A DNA stretch of 64,000 nucleotides, from positions 182,150 to 246,149 of the IMG/VR virus record IMGVR_UViG_3300042261_002390. One strand, written 5' to 3'. Position 1 is the first letter of the stretch, and each line of letters opens with the position of its first letter. Shown in pieces: positions 56,315 to 64,000 of this stretch. The notes below the pieces were generated by a model. The model was not told where the DNA came from and made no database searches. It saw nothing but the letters and a program-made list of their open reading frames with translations. The position numbers were made by a program, and so were the translations under genes.

Positions 56315-57532
56315 ATGAAAAGATATAAACACATCAGAACAGATATGGTTGTTATTCTTGATGAAAGGGAAGATATATATCGTATTGTCGATAAAACATA
56401 TTCTTTCCTCACCATACCTGTATGTCTTGTTGAAAATTCTAATGACTGGAAACTAATACCTGAAAGAGAATGGGAAGTAATTGCATTTAAATCTAGTAAA
56501 CCTGAATTTAAAGTTGATTACTCACCAGAATATCTTCAAAGCATTGGTGCTAGTATTACAAAATTGAAACGAATTTCAGATGGAATGGAATTTGGTATTG
56601 GCGATTTAATTAGTTGGGATGATATAAATGGTACTACTTATCATGACTCATGCACTGGATTGAAATATATTTGTATTGATAAATTCGTATATGAAAATTC
56701 GACTGAAGATATGATTATTAACTACAAATATTCTCTTAATAGTATATTAGCCAGAAATCCTAAACGTTTTGATGAAACACCTGATTTTGAGATATTGAAA
56801 TTTAAGGATATTCATAATGAATATTTTAAGAAAGAAAACGGTAAATTTACAATTAATCTTCAATATGAATATACTGTTGAGAACTTATTGGGAATAGCTA
56901 AAATTAGTTCAGTTAAACGCATTAGAGATAATGAAGTCTTTTCTATTGGTGACATAACCAATTTTGGTACTATTACCGGATTCTCCTTTGATAATAAAAT
57001 ACCAGAGCCTGTAAGAATGGAGGTTAAATTTAAAGGGTTTAGACCTCAACCAGATAAAAATATTGAAATAACAACTGTTCAATATTTGACAAATGTGACA
57101 AAACTCAAACCAATTTTCACCACCGAAGATGATGTCGATATATATCAAGGCGACGAATGTTGGTACGCATTACCTAGAAATAGTTTTGAAGGTAAATATA
57201 CGCTGAAAAGAAGAAAATGTAATGGTAAGGCAGTCAATGGCAAATACTTCTATCATAAAGAAAATGCTGAAAAATACATCTTTACCAATACAGATGCTTT
57301 TTATGTTGTCGATAGAATTAATTGGGTTGCATTGAAAAGTACTGATTTGGAGGATTTTAAAAATGTGGCTACTATGCCTAAGTTTAATACCAAAGAAGAA
57401 GCAGAAAAATATATTGCTGAAAATGAGCCTAAGTACAGTGCAAACGATATTAAGAAGTTCATCAACACTCATGTTAGTGAGGTTTTTGCCGATGTATTGT
57501 ATGCTAAATTTTTAGAAACAACAAAGAAATGA
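56315..57532 (+). CDS. modular hypothetical protein with an internal duplication
   Basis: 405 aa; EVIAFK...KRISDGMEFGIGD and EILKFK...KRIRDNEVFSIGD repeats. Confidence 0.75.
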   Translation: MKRYKHIRTDMVVILDEREDIYRIVDKTYSFLTIPVCLVENSNDWKLIPEREWEVIAFKSSKPEFKVDYSPEYLQSIGASITKLKRISDGMEFGIGDLISWDDINGTTYHDSCTGLKYICIDKFVYENSTEDMIINYKYSLNSILARNPKRFDETPDFEILKFKDIHNEYFKKENGKFTINLQYEYTVENLLGIAKISSVKRIRDNEVFSIGDITNFGTITGFSFDNKIPEPVRMEVKFKGFRPQPDKNIEITTVQYLTNVTKLKPIFTTEDDVDIYQGDECWYALPRNSFEGKYTLKRRKCNGKAVNGKYFYHKENAEKYIFTNTDAFYVVDRINWVALKSTDLEDFKNVATMPKFNTKEEAEKYIAENEPKYSANDIKKFINTHVSEVFADVLYAKFLETTKK

Positions 57533-57948
57533 AAATAATAACACTAGGTAATATTAAATTTAGAGTCATCCCAATCATAATTAACGACGGCATATACATC
57601 ATTAACGAAAACGATGATTTGACTAATGAAGAGATGTCGTCAGATACTGTTTATTTGTTTAACGACATGACCGATGAAGAAGCTAAATTGTTTGTTGAGA
57701 AGGTTGAAGTATCTTTAGATAACACAGCATTTAAAAGCTATGGAGTAAATACTTCATTATATTTTATGAATGCAAAAGAAAGCCTGAAATCGTTGTTAAT
57801 CGACAACAGCATTAATATTAAAGCTTGGATTAAGGATAAATATTATCCTTCGCAACAAGAATCTGAACAGACACACGGACATGCTGATGAATCATATGCT
57901 GATATGTTACAGAAAGCATCTGATGATTTATTGTTAATTAAATATTGA
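57529..57948 (+). CDS. hypothetical protein
   Basis: 139-aa ORF. Confidence 0.65.
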   Translation: MKIITLGNIKFRVIPIIINDGIYIINENDDLTNEEMSSDTVYLFNDMTDEEAKLFVEKVEVSLDNTAFKSYGVNTSLYFMNAKESLKSLLIDNSINIKAWIKDKYYPSQQESEQTHGHADESYADMLQKASDDLLLIKY

Positions 57949-57952
57949 TAAT

Positions 57953-58294
57953 ATGAAAGAGCAGTTTGTTACATACGATATTAGCTTGAAGCTCAAAGAG
58001 TTAGGTTTTGATGAGCCATGTTTTGGATATTTTAACATATCAACAAAATCTTTTTATTTTGCAGATAATGGTGAATATATGCTATCAAAAAATCTGCCGT
58101 CAATAATTGTCTCTGCTCCGTTGTGGCAGCAAGTAATCGACTGGCTTAAAAGAGAATATAGTATTTGTGTAACTCAAACACCCTCAATTGTTGTAGATAG
58201 TTGGATTGTTGTTACATCAGATTCTAAAACTATTTTTAGTGGTTCAAAAGAACAAGCAATTTTAAATGCAATCGGATTATGCAAGAAGAATTAA
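57953..58294 (+). CDS. hypothetical protein, paralog family A
   Basis: FVTYDISLKLKELGFDEPC...APLWQQVIDWL. Confidence 0.7.
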   Translation: MKEQFVTYDISLKLKELGFDEPCFGYFNISTKSFYFADNGEYMLSKNLPSIIVSAPLWQQVIDWLKREYSICVTQTPSIVVDSWIVVTSDSKTIFSGSKEQAILNAIGLCKKN

Positions 58295-58920
58295 AAGTGG
58301 TAATTCTATCATCCGATAATAAAAGCGACATTATTACTTGGGGAAAACATTTAAAAAAATCATCAGGGAAAATTAAAGATGATTATGATATTGCTTTTGC
58401 TATATGTGCAAAATACCAACAGCTTTATTTTATATCTGATGAAGAAATAAAAAAAGGTGATTGGGCAGTCATATTAACAGATGAAAAACCTATAATTGTA
58501 AATGTTAAAACAATAGGAAAAGAAGTTACTGCCCAAAAACAAGAGGGAGGATATATTGTTACCCATACTAATTTCCTTAAGAAAATCATTGCTACTACAG
58601 ATACTTCACTTAAAAGAATCTGTCCATCTTGTAATGGTAGAGGGCAATTTGATAATGATGGATATAATCAATGTAAAAGATGTAAAACATCTGGTGAAAT
58701 TAATCTTCCTCGACCATCTGAAAAGTGGATTGAGTATTTCATTACTGAATGGAACAAGAGCAATCAAATTGAAAAAGTAATGGTTGAATATCATGGAACA
58801 CATATTTCAGGTGCATATGATATTGAAGATATGTTTGAATTTGGTGGATATGATATTGAGAAACTAATAATAAATTCAGATAATACAATTAATATTGAAT
58901 TATGCAAGAAGAAAGAATAA
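58279..58920 (+). CDS. hypothetical protein with a DnaJ-type zinc finger; paralog of 42091-43035
   Basis: CPSCNGRG...CKRCKTSG; YFISDEEIKKGD, KKIIATTD, EKVMVEY. Confidence 0.7.
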   Translation: MQEELKVVILSSDNKSDIITWGKHLKKSSGKIKDDYDIAFAICAKYQQLYFISDEEIKKGDWAVILTDEKPIIVNVKTIGKEVTAQKQEGGYIVTHTNFLKKIIATTDTSLKRICPSCNGRGQFDNDGYNQCKRCKTSGEINLPRPSEKWIEYFITEWNKSNQIEKVMVEYHGTHISGAYDIEDMFEFGGYDIEKLIINSDNTINIELCKKKE

Positions 58921-59318
58921 CGTTTGAAACAGCTAAAATTGCTAAAGAAAAGGGTTTTGATATCGATACAAATGGATTCTTCTATCCATTGAGGGAAGAA
59001 ACAAAAAATATCGACGGATTAGCTAAGGTCGGTAAATTAAGATACTCGTTAGTTGATTCTGCAGGTGTCGAATTCAAAAAAGATAATAATTACGCATTAG
59101 CACCAACTCAAAGTGAATTGCAGAAATGGCTCAGGGAAGTACATGGTGAAGATGTGTTTGTTATTAAGAGTGTTGATAGATATTACCCGGTAAATAATAG
59201 TGCGGGATTAAGCATTAATGATATTGCTCATTTAATGAAGGCATTAAATTGGAAATCTTATTCAACATACGAAGAAGCTTTGGAAAAAGTTTTATTCGAA
59301 ACTTTGAAACAAATTTAG
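58902..59318 (+). CDS. hypothetical protein, paralog family A
   Basis: ITFETAKIAKEKGFD...APTQSELQKWLRE...TYEEAL. Confidence 0.7.
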   Translation: MQEERITFETAKIAKEKGFDIDTNGFFYPLREETKNIDGLAKVGKLRYSLVDSAGVEFKKDNNYALAPTQSELQKWLREVHGEDVFVIKSVDRYYPVNNSAGLSINDIAHLMKALNWKSYSTYEEALEKVLFETLKQI

Positions 59319-59330
59319 TTGAAAAACGTA
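59305..59330 (+). promoter_or_regulatory. ECF-type promoter variant TGAAAC-N16-CGTA
   Basis: Single-base variant of the recurrent motif, at the end of the upstream gene. Confidence 0.55.
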
Positions 59331-59344
59331 TAAGAACTAAAAAC

Positions 59345-59773
59345 ATGAATATGTCATTCGAAATTAATGAAAAAGAAAAAACAGTTATAGTTAAAAAAGA
59401 CTGTAAACGATGTTCACATCTTAAAGTTTGTAAGTTTCATTCTAAAATGTCTGAACTCTGTAAATCAAACGAATTTTACGGGATGAACGAATATCTTGAA
59501 TCGAATAATACTCTGGAAGTGTTTGAATTACATGCCAGATGCGGTCAGTATAAAGTTAAATTTAACACCGCAAAGAATTCACCTGTTGGACTCGATACCG
59601 AGCGCAATATTTTGGAAAAGATTGCGTATGCTGAGTTTAAAGCTAGGATTAAAGATGGAGTTTCTTCATACAGCATTGACGAAAAAAACGACACTTGTTT
59701 TTGTAATCCAAGAAACGGTGAAAAACAAACATTTAAACTATCGGAATTAATTTCTGAGTATAAATTTGGCTAA
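59345..59773 (+). CDS. Cys-rich hypothetical protein
   Basis: From MNMSFEIN; CKRCSHLKVC. Confidence 0.65.
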   Translation: MNMSFEINEKEKTVIVKKDCKRCSHLKVCKFHSKMSELCKSNEFYGMNEYLESNNTLEVFELHARCGQYKVKFNTAKNSPVGLDTERNILEKIAYAEFKARIKDGVSSYSIDEKNDTCFCNPRNGEKQTFKLSELISEYKFG

Positions 59774-60017
59774 AATGAGAATTGACGAATTAGAAGAATA
59801 TGCTAAAGAACATGGTTTCGACTCGTTAGAGTTCGAGTTTACAAACCTTAAAGGCGAAGTAAAGAAATGTAAATGGTTGGATGCCTACATGGGTTTGTTT
59901 GTAATTGAAGGTAGCGGTGGCTTTATTAAAACTAGCGACTGGAAACAATATACCGGGGATGTGTTTGAATTTCGAATTTGTGACGAGCAAAACACTTTTG
60001 ATTTCAATAAAGTGTAA
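59766..60017 (+). CDS. hypothetical protein
   Basis: 83-aa ORF. Confidence 0.6.
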   Translation: MAKMRIDELEEYAKEHGFDSLEFEFTNLKGEVKKCKWLDAYMGLFVIEGSGGFIKTSDWKQYTGDVFEFRICDEQNTFDFNKV

Positions 60018-60038
60018 CCTTTTAGAAAAGTAAACGTA
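60013..60038 (+). promoter_or_regulatory. ECF-type promoter TGTAAC-N16-CGTA
   Basis: Recurrent motif overlapping the upstream stop. Confidence 0.7.
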
Positions 60039-60061
60039 TAATATATTAAAACTACAATATC

Positions 60062-60562
60062 ATGAAAAAATTATTCTTTTTGTTAATTATTTTGTTGTCA
60101 ATTATTTTGTTGTCAATGGATTGTTTTTCACAAACAACCAAAGCACAACGTTACGAAATCTATAAAGCAAAGTGCAACATTATCGATACGTTGACAATTG
60201 AAAACTCGGGGTATCTCAAAATCGATACACTGATACTATCAACACTTCCAACGAAAGATACTTATTATGGAAAGGTCATTATAAGTTCAATAAAAGTATC
60301 ATCAACAAAATCATTAATTGTTGTAGTTGATACTGTTTGGACTGTATCGCCTAAGCCACTGTCATATATGTTTGGAAATGTGCCGAAAACCGTAACATCA
60401 AACTATGATACAGATTATAGACGTTGGGTTTATAAGAATGTGAAGGTGGCAGTTAAACGTTGTAAACCAGTCACATATACTGTTTGGACGAAAAATGAAA
60501 ATTATTATGTGACGCTATTAGACAGTATTGAAAAATATATTAACGATTATTATAAAAAGTAG
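60062..60562 (+). CDS. secreted hypothetical protein
   Basis: Signal peptide ending CFSQ. Confidence 0.7.
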   Translation: MKKLFFLLIILLSIILLSMDCFSQTTKAQRYEIYKAKCNIIDTLTIENSGYLKIDTLILSTLPTKDTYYGKVIISSIKVSSTKSLIVVVDTVWTVSPKPLSYMFGNVPKTVTSNYDTDYRRWVYKNVKVAVKRCKPVTYTVWTKNENYYVTLLDSIEKYINDYYKK

Positions 60563-60795
60563 TATCTATACACACCCAATTCATAACTGAACAAATGGTA
60601 AATACATAAACCCTATGTTAGAGTGTATGGGTTCTAACTATCATTAGTCCTCAGTCAAAGGTTGTTTGGTTTGAATAATATGAAAAGCAAGGATGTGGAA
60701 ACACATTGCGATAACTTCAGAGGATATGCTTGGATTATTCCACGATGACAAGTGGTGGGTTTGTTTTTAATTAAAACAGTTAATGAAATAAATAC

Positions 60796-61005
60796 ATGTG
60801 CGATTTAAGTGCTGATGATTATAGAGAAAAATTAGACCTCCCATTCATATATCGTGATGAATATGAGAAGCTAAGTAATTCTAAAAGAAATCGGCTTGAA
60901 TACTCCAATCCTTGTTCAACAAACGACCCAAATGTTTTAAGGGTTGGTCAGGTGTTTGATGGTGATTTAGGACGTTGGAGAGGTGCTTATAAATCTGATT
61001 TTTAA
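60796..61005 (+). CDS. small hypothetical protein
   Basis: 69-aa ORF. Confidence 0.55.
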   Translation: MCDLSADDYREKLDLPFIYRDEYEKLSNSKRNRLEYSNPCSTNDPNVLRVGQVFDGDLGRWRGAYKSDF

Positions 61006-61224
61006 AGATATTGACATAAACAAATTGCTGTAATCAAGTTTTCTAATACAAGTAAGTGGTAGCTGCATGGTAGGTGTGGAGTTCGAATCTCCATTTGTAT
61101 ATATTCCAATTTGATTGAGGAATAAGAAAATATTGGTTGGTATTGACAAGAAATAAAAATAAGCATAGCAGACGCATTCTGCCGTTGTAATATCTATCAA
61201 ACAGTAATTTGTTTTTAAAAATAT

Positions 61225-61330
61225 TTGAGTTGTATTGCTGTAAAGCGGGTGCTACCCCGGTGTAGAGAGTATAAACAAGTAGTATTTAAGTGCACGCATA
61301 CTCTAAAATATCACAGCAATTACAACTCAA
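61225..61330 (+). ncRNA. candidate structured RNA (long closing stem)
   Basis: TTGAGTTGTA(-)TTGCTGT / ACAGCAATTACAACTCAA 17-bp stem with internal AGAGTAT/ATACTCT and GGGT/ACCC hairpins. Confidence 0.45.
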
Positions 61331-61335
61331 TGTTT

Positions 61336-61470
61336 GAAACAGGGTTTATTAAAAATTGCGGGTAGTAGTCGAAGGTCGTGCTGCAGTCCAAATGCTAATA
61401 GACCCCTCTTCAGGATAGGAATATACCTCAGAGCAATATGAAGTATCGATTATAAAACAAATCTTGTTTC
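61336..61470 (+). ncRNA. candidate structured RNA
   Basis: GAAACAGGGTTT/AAATCTTGTTTC closing stem; internal ATTGC/GCAAT, GGGT/ACCC and a GGAA-capped hairpin. Confidence 0.35.
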
Positions 61471-61784
61471 TTTTGTAACCTTTTTAAACTTGAAACGTAT
61501 AGTAAGTAAATAAAACATACTACTTATGAAACAGTGGAAAAGATTATAATTAAAAATGATATTGAGTTTGTTTGTTTTGTGACTGAAATATAGTAACTAT
61601 GTATTGCATTATTTAGCTCAGAGCAGAGCGATATCTTTATGGGGTATAGGTCGATGATGCGAACATCAATAATGAAACATAGTGTGGAAGAAGTACAATT
61701 CTTACAGGTAATCAATCCTGTCAAAACAACAAACTCATTTTTTTGTAACCTTTTTAAGCTTGAAACGTATAGTAAGTAAATAAA
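61471..61784 (+). repeat. 44-bp direct repeat of a promoter module (61471-61514 and 61741-61784)
   Basis: TTTTGTAACCTTTTTAA(A/G)CTTGAAACGTATAGTAAGTAAATAAA, 1 mismatch, 270 bp apart; each copy contains TGTAAC-N16-CGTA. Confidence 0.85.
61607..61675 (+). tRNA. degenerate tRNA-like cloverleaf (apparent anticodon UAU) inside a larger hairpin
   Basis: Acceptor CATTATT/AATAATG, TA, D arm GCTC-AGAGCA-GAGC, anticodon arm ATATC-TTTATGG-GGTAT, non-canonical T arm GATG-ATGCGAA-CATC. Confidence 0.45.
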
Positions 61785-61790
61785 TATATC

Positions 61791-62750
61791 ATGGGAAGTT
61801 GGAACGGTACATGTATGATTAGTAACTTACCTATTTTATCAGGTGAAGAAGTCAAATTAGTGTTTTTACACAGACCATATAGCAGTGGGCAATTACATAA
61901 ACCTGCCTATTGTTATCCGAATGGAATTTTTCACCCGGCAGCATTTGCATTAAATGGCAAATATGATGATTATGGTAGCGTGGAAGATATTGAAGAAGAC
62001 TTTAATTATAATCTAGTTAATCTGTTTTTCAAACTCACATTTAAAGCAATTGAAGTCGAGGGTAAAATACTTGAAGATTTTAATTTATATAATATCTTGG
62101 AGGGTATTGAAAGAGGTTCATTAAAAGTTCTTGCTGAAGGTGATGCTGAAAGGAAAAAAATTGCGGAAGGAGCAATTGAAGCATATTCAAAACACGGTTT
62201 TTCATCAAAGAAAGTCGAAGAAGAATGGAGAAAATTAGCTGATGAAGATGTTAGTGAAATTTGGCGTGAATCGACACTGAATTTCGTTATGATTAGGAAA
62301 GATGTTTGGGATGGCATTATCGCTGGACATAAAACCGAATATTGGATTGAAGACGAAAAAGATAGAAAAGAGCCGAACGTTTGCTATCAGACCGCACAGG
62401 AATGGGTTGAAAAAAGATTTAAAAAATTTAAGAATATTGAGAATTCTTTATTTAAGAGATTTTTAAATCCAATATCGACTGCAGGATATGCGGGTGGCAC
62501 TAAAATGCTACTCGATAATTATTATCAAGAAGCACTTCTTCATGGAACTGATGAACAAATTGATATCTTTCAGAAATTATTTACTGAAATGACAATCATT
62601 GAGTCATTTCTATCTGCAACAAGAAAAGGATGGATGATTACTTGTGGTAGCGGTTCACAATCCAATGAATGGAGCGAATATCAGTTGTTAAATAAAATCG
62701 TTAACGATATTTGTGTTAAAGAATTACAGGAATATGATGAAGAATCGTAA
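61791..62750 (+). CDS. hypothetical protein
   Basis: 319 aa; MGSWNGTCMISNLPI...GKYDDYG motif. Confidence 0.8.
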   Translation: MGSWNGTCMISNLPILSGEEVKLVFLHRPYSSGQLHKPAYCYPNGIFHPAAFALNGKYDDYGSVEDIEEDFNYNLVNLFFKLTFKAIEVEGKILEDFNLYNILEGIERGSLKVLAEGDAERKKIAEGAIEAYSKHGFSSKKVEEEWRKLADEDVSEIWRESTLNFVMIRKDVWDGIIAGHKTEYWIEDEKDRKEPNVCYQTAQEWVEKRFKKFKNIENSLFKRFLNPISTAGYAGGTKMLLDNYYQEALLHGTDEQIDIFQKLFTEMTIIESFLSATRKGWMITCGSGSQSNEWSEYQLLNKIVNDICVKELQEYDEES

Positions 62751-62771
62751 CCTTTTTAAATTACAAACGTA
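62746..62771 (+). promoter_or_regulatory. ECF-type promoter variant CGTAAC-N16-CGTA
   Basis: Variant of the recurrent motif overlapping the upstream stop. Confidence 0.6.
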
Positions 62772-62788
62772 TAAGACATTGAAGCAAA

Positions 62789-62894
62789 TGTTTCGATAAT
62801 GTGAATTAAAAGGATGTTAGATGAAATAAGAAAGTAGTGCCAAGCAGTGAATAAGACTCACCTACATCGAAACAGATTGGCGTTAATTCACATT
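62789..62894 (+). ncRNA. candidate pseudoknotted leader RNA
   Basis: Crossing perfect stems TGTTTCGAT/ATCGAAACA (9 bp) and AATGTGAATTAA/TTAATTCACATT (12 bp). Confidence 0.45.
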
Positions 62895-62943
62895 TATTGA
62901 TAAACGATAAATTTTTATTATTAAACAATAAAATTAAAACAAA

Positions 62944-63690
62944 ATGGTTGAAGTATTAATTCATTATTCAGTCAACAATTCACAGCTAACAATTGATGTG
63001 AATAAACAATCGTTCAAAAATTCAACGAACGAAAATGTTGCCAAATATTTAAAGGGTGTGTATCGTAACGATGATGAGTTTAAAACCTTCATCGAAAAGG
63101 TAAGTAAAATTCGTGAAGAACACAAAGAATTTGACGTGAGGGACTTCGTAAAGGAATTTGAAACACTTTACAATGAAGCTAAACCCTTCACATATAAAGA
63201 AGCTTTTGCTATCGAAGATAATGCGTTCAAAGCATTGGTATTTGGTAGTATCGATGTTGGTGAAATGATTCAAAATTTAGGTGCTACTCGTCTCAAAACC
63301 GATGGTAAAGAATCTGTTCAGAAATTATTCGATAAACAAGGTAATTTCTTGGGTACAACAAACATTACCAACGTCTATGAAGTCTACGAAGTCAATGGCG
63401 AACAACTTGGCGTTACCGAAAAGCTTTATGCTTTAAAATGTTGGTGTACTTCAACAAGCAACGAACACTGGTTGTGGATTGAAGAAAATTACAAAGACCA
63501 ACCATTGGAAGCCGTAGCATCTACCTTCCGTATTCATTCCGACTTGATTGATAAAATCAAAGAAATTAAACGTCAGGGTGATGTTTTATTGGTCGAAATC
63601 AAAGAAGAATTCAAGGATTATGAACCTACTGGCGAAATCGTGCCGTTAACTGCTGACCAATACTTTGGATTGCTTACTACTCAAGCATAA
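62944..63690 (+). CDS. hypothetical protein (C-terminus DUF6745-like)
   Basis: 248 aa; LYALKCWCTSTSNEHWLWI motif. Confidence 0.75.
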   Translation: MVEVLIHYSVNNSQLTIDVNKQSFKNSTNENVAKYLKGVYRNDDEFKTFIEKVSKIREEHKEFDVRDFVKEFETLYNEAKPFTYKEAFAIEDNAFKALVFGSIDVGEMIQNLGATRLKTDGKESVQKLFDKQGNFLGTTNITNVYEVYEVNGEQLGVTEKLYALKCWCTSTSNEHWLWIEENYKDQPLEAVASTFRIHSDLIDKIKEIKRQGDVLLVEIKEEFKDYEPTGEIVPLTADQYFGLLTTQA

Positions 63691-63769
63691 TAGTGAAAAC
63701 AAAAATATTTTATTTTTGTAGGTATTATAAAAACATTTATTATATTTGTAGCAAATTAATTTCATAACT

Positions 63770-64000
63770 ATGGAAAAAGTTATCTTAGAAAAATCGACCA
63801 ACACACATGTTCTCGAATCTGAAACAAGTGTAGATGTAAAAAATCTTGACGAATCAACACTCTTGTTAAAAGTTAAAGGTAAAGGTGTCGTTACTCATGG
63901 TCAACATGGTACAGTTGTTACTGAATCTCCTACTGTTATCAAATACGTACAGAAGGAATTGAATCCGGTGACAAGGATGATGCAAAATGCATACGACTAA
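63770..64000 (+). CDS. small beta-rich hypothetical protein
   Basis: 76 aa; HVL...VTHGQHG...QKELNPV; TATATTTG box at 63741. Confidence 0.7.
   Translation: MEKVILEKSTNTHVLESETSVDVKNLDESTLLLKVKGKGVVTHGQHGTVVTESPTVIKYVQKELNPVTRMMQNAYD

Noticed and set aside
60565-60790. ncRNA in the 225-nt gap after the secreted protein gene
   Set aside because: Only short AT-rich stems were found; not distinguishable from background by eye.
4004-63273. Many 60-200 aa ORFs antisense to or overlapping longer genes (e.g. 4004+, 10995-, 35025-, 36344-, 49341-, 57170-)
   Set aside because: Shadow ORFs opposite well-supported genes, with no promoter or motif support.
1-64000. Alternative genetic code (TAG or TGA recoding as in some large phages)
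   Set aside because: Genes pack tightly in code 11, and TAG and TGA are both used as real stops next to downstream starts.

Overview
AT-rich, gene-dense accessory region of a large (jumbo/huge) tailed phage. The host is most likely in Bacteroidota: TAnnTTTG promoters, no Shine-Dalgarno motifs, and 36-nt GKTG...CAAC CRISPR repeats. Genes run on the minus strand to about 7.8 kb and on the plus strand afterwards, in the standard genetic code. No structural or core replication genes are present. Recognisable products include DNA ligase, two RNA ligases (one fused to an HNH domain), a Dda-like helicase, DHFR, thioredoxin, exonucleases, HD/HAD/NUDIX/MazG hydrolases, a kinase-like/vWA/PurA-like/ATP-grasp cluster, a GIY-YIG homing endonuclease, an SPFH lipoprotein and a glucosaminidase. 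The main find is a compact CRISPR locus at 47.8-50.3 kb. One catalytically intact Cas12f-like nuclease (446 aa, no cas1/cas2) is flanked on both sides by a cassette of an approximately 170-nt tracr-like scaffold fused to an array. The two cassettes have different 36-nt repeats, and their scaffolds show compensatory (covarying) hairpins. Other notable elements: a chain of integron attC-like palindromes bounding small gene cassettes (10.26-12.09 kb); a tRNA-like RNA with an aberrant anticodon arm and a very long variable arm (20.8 kb); several candidate structured ncRNAs (38.2, 39.3, 55.5, 61.0-61.7 and 62.8 kb); and about 27 copies of an ECF-sigma-type promoter TGTAAC-N16/17-CGTA. All protein family calls come from motif recognition by eye; no database searches were run.
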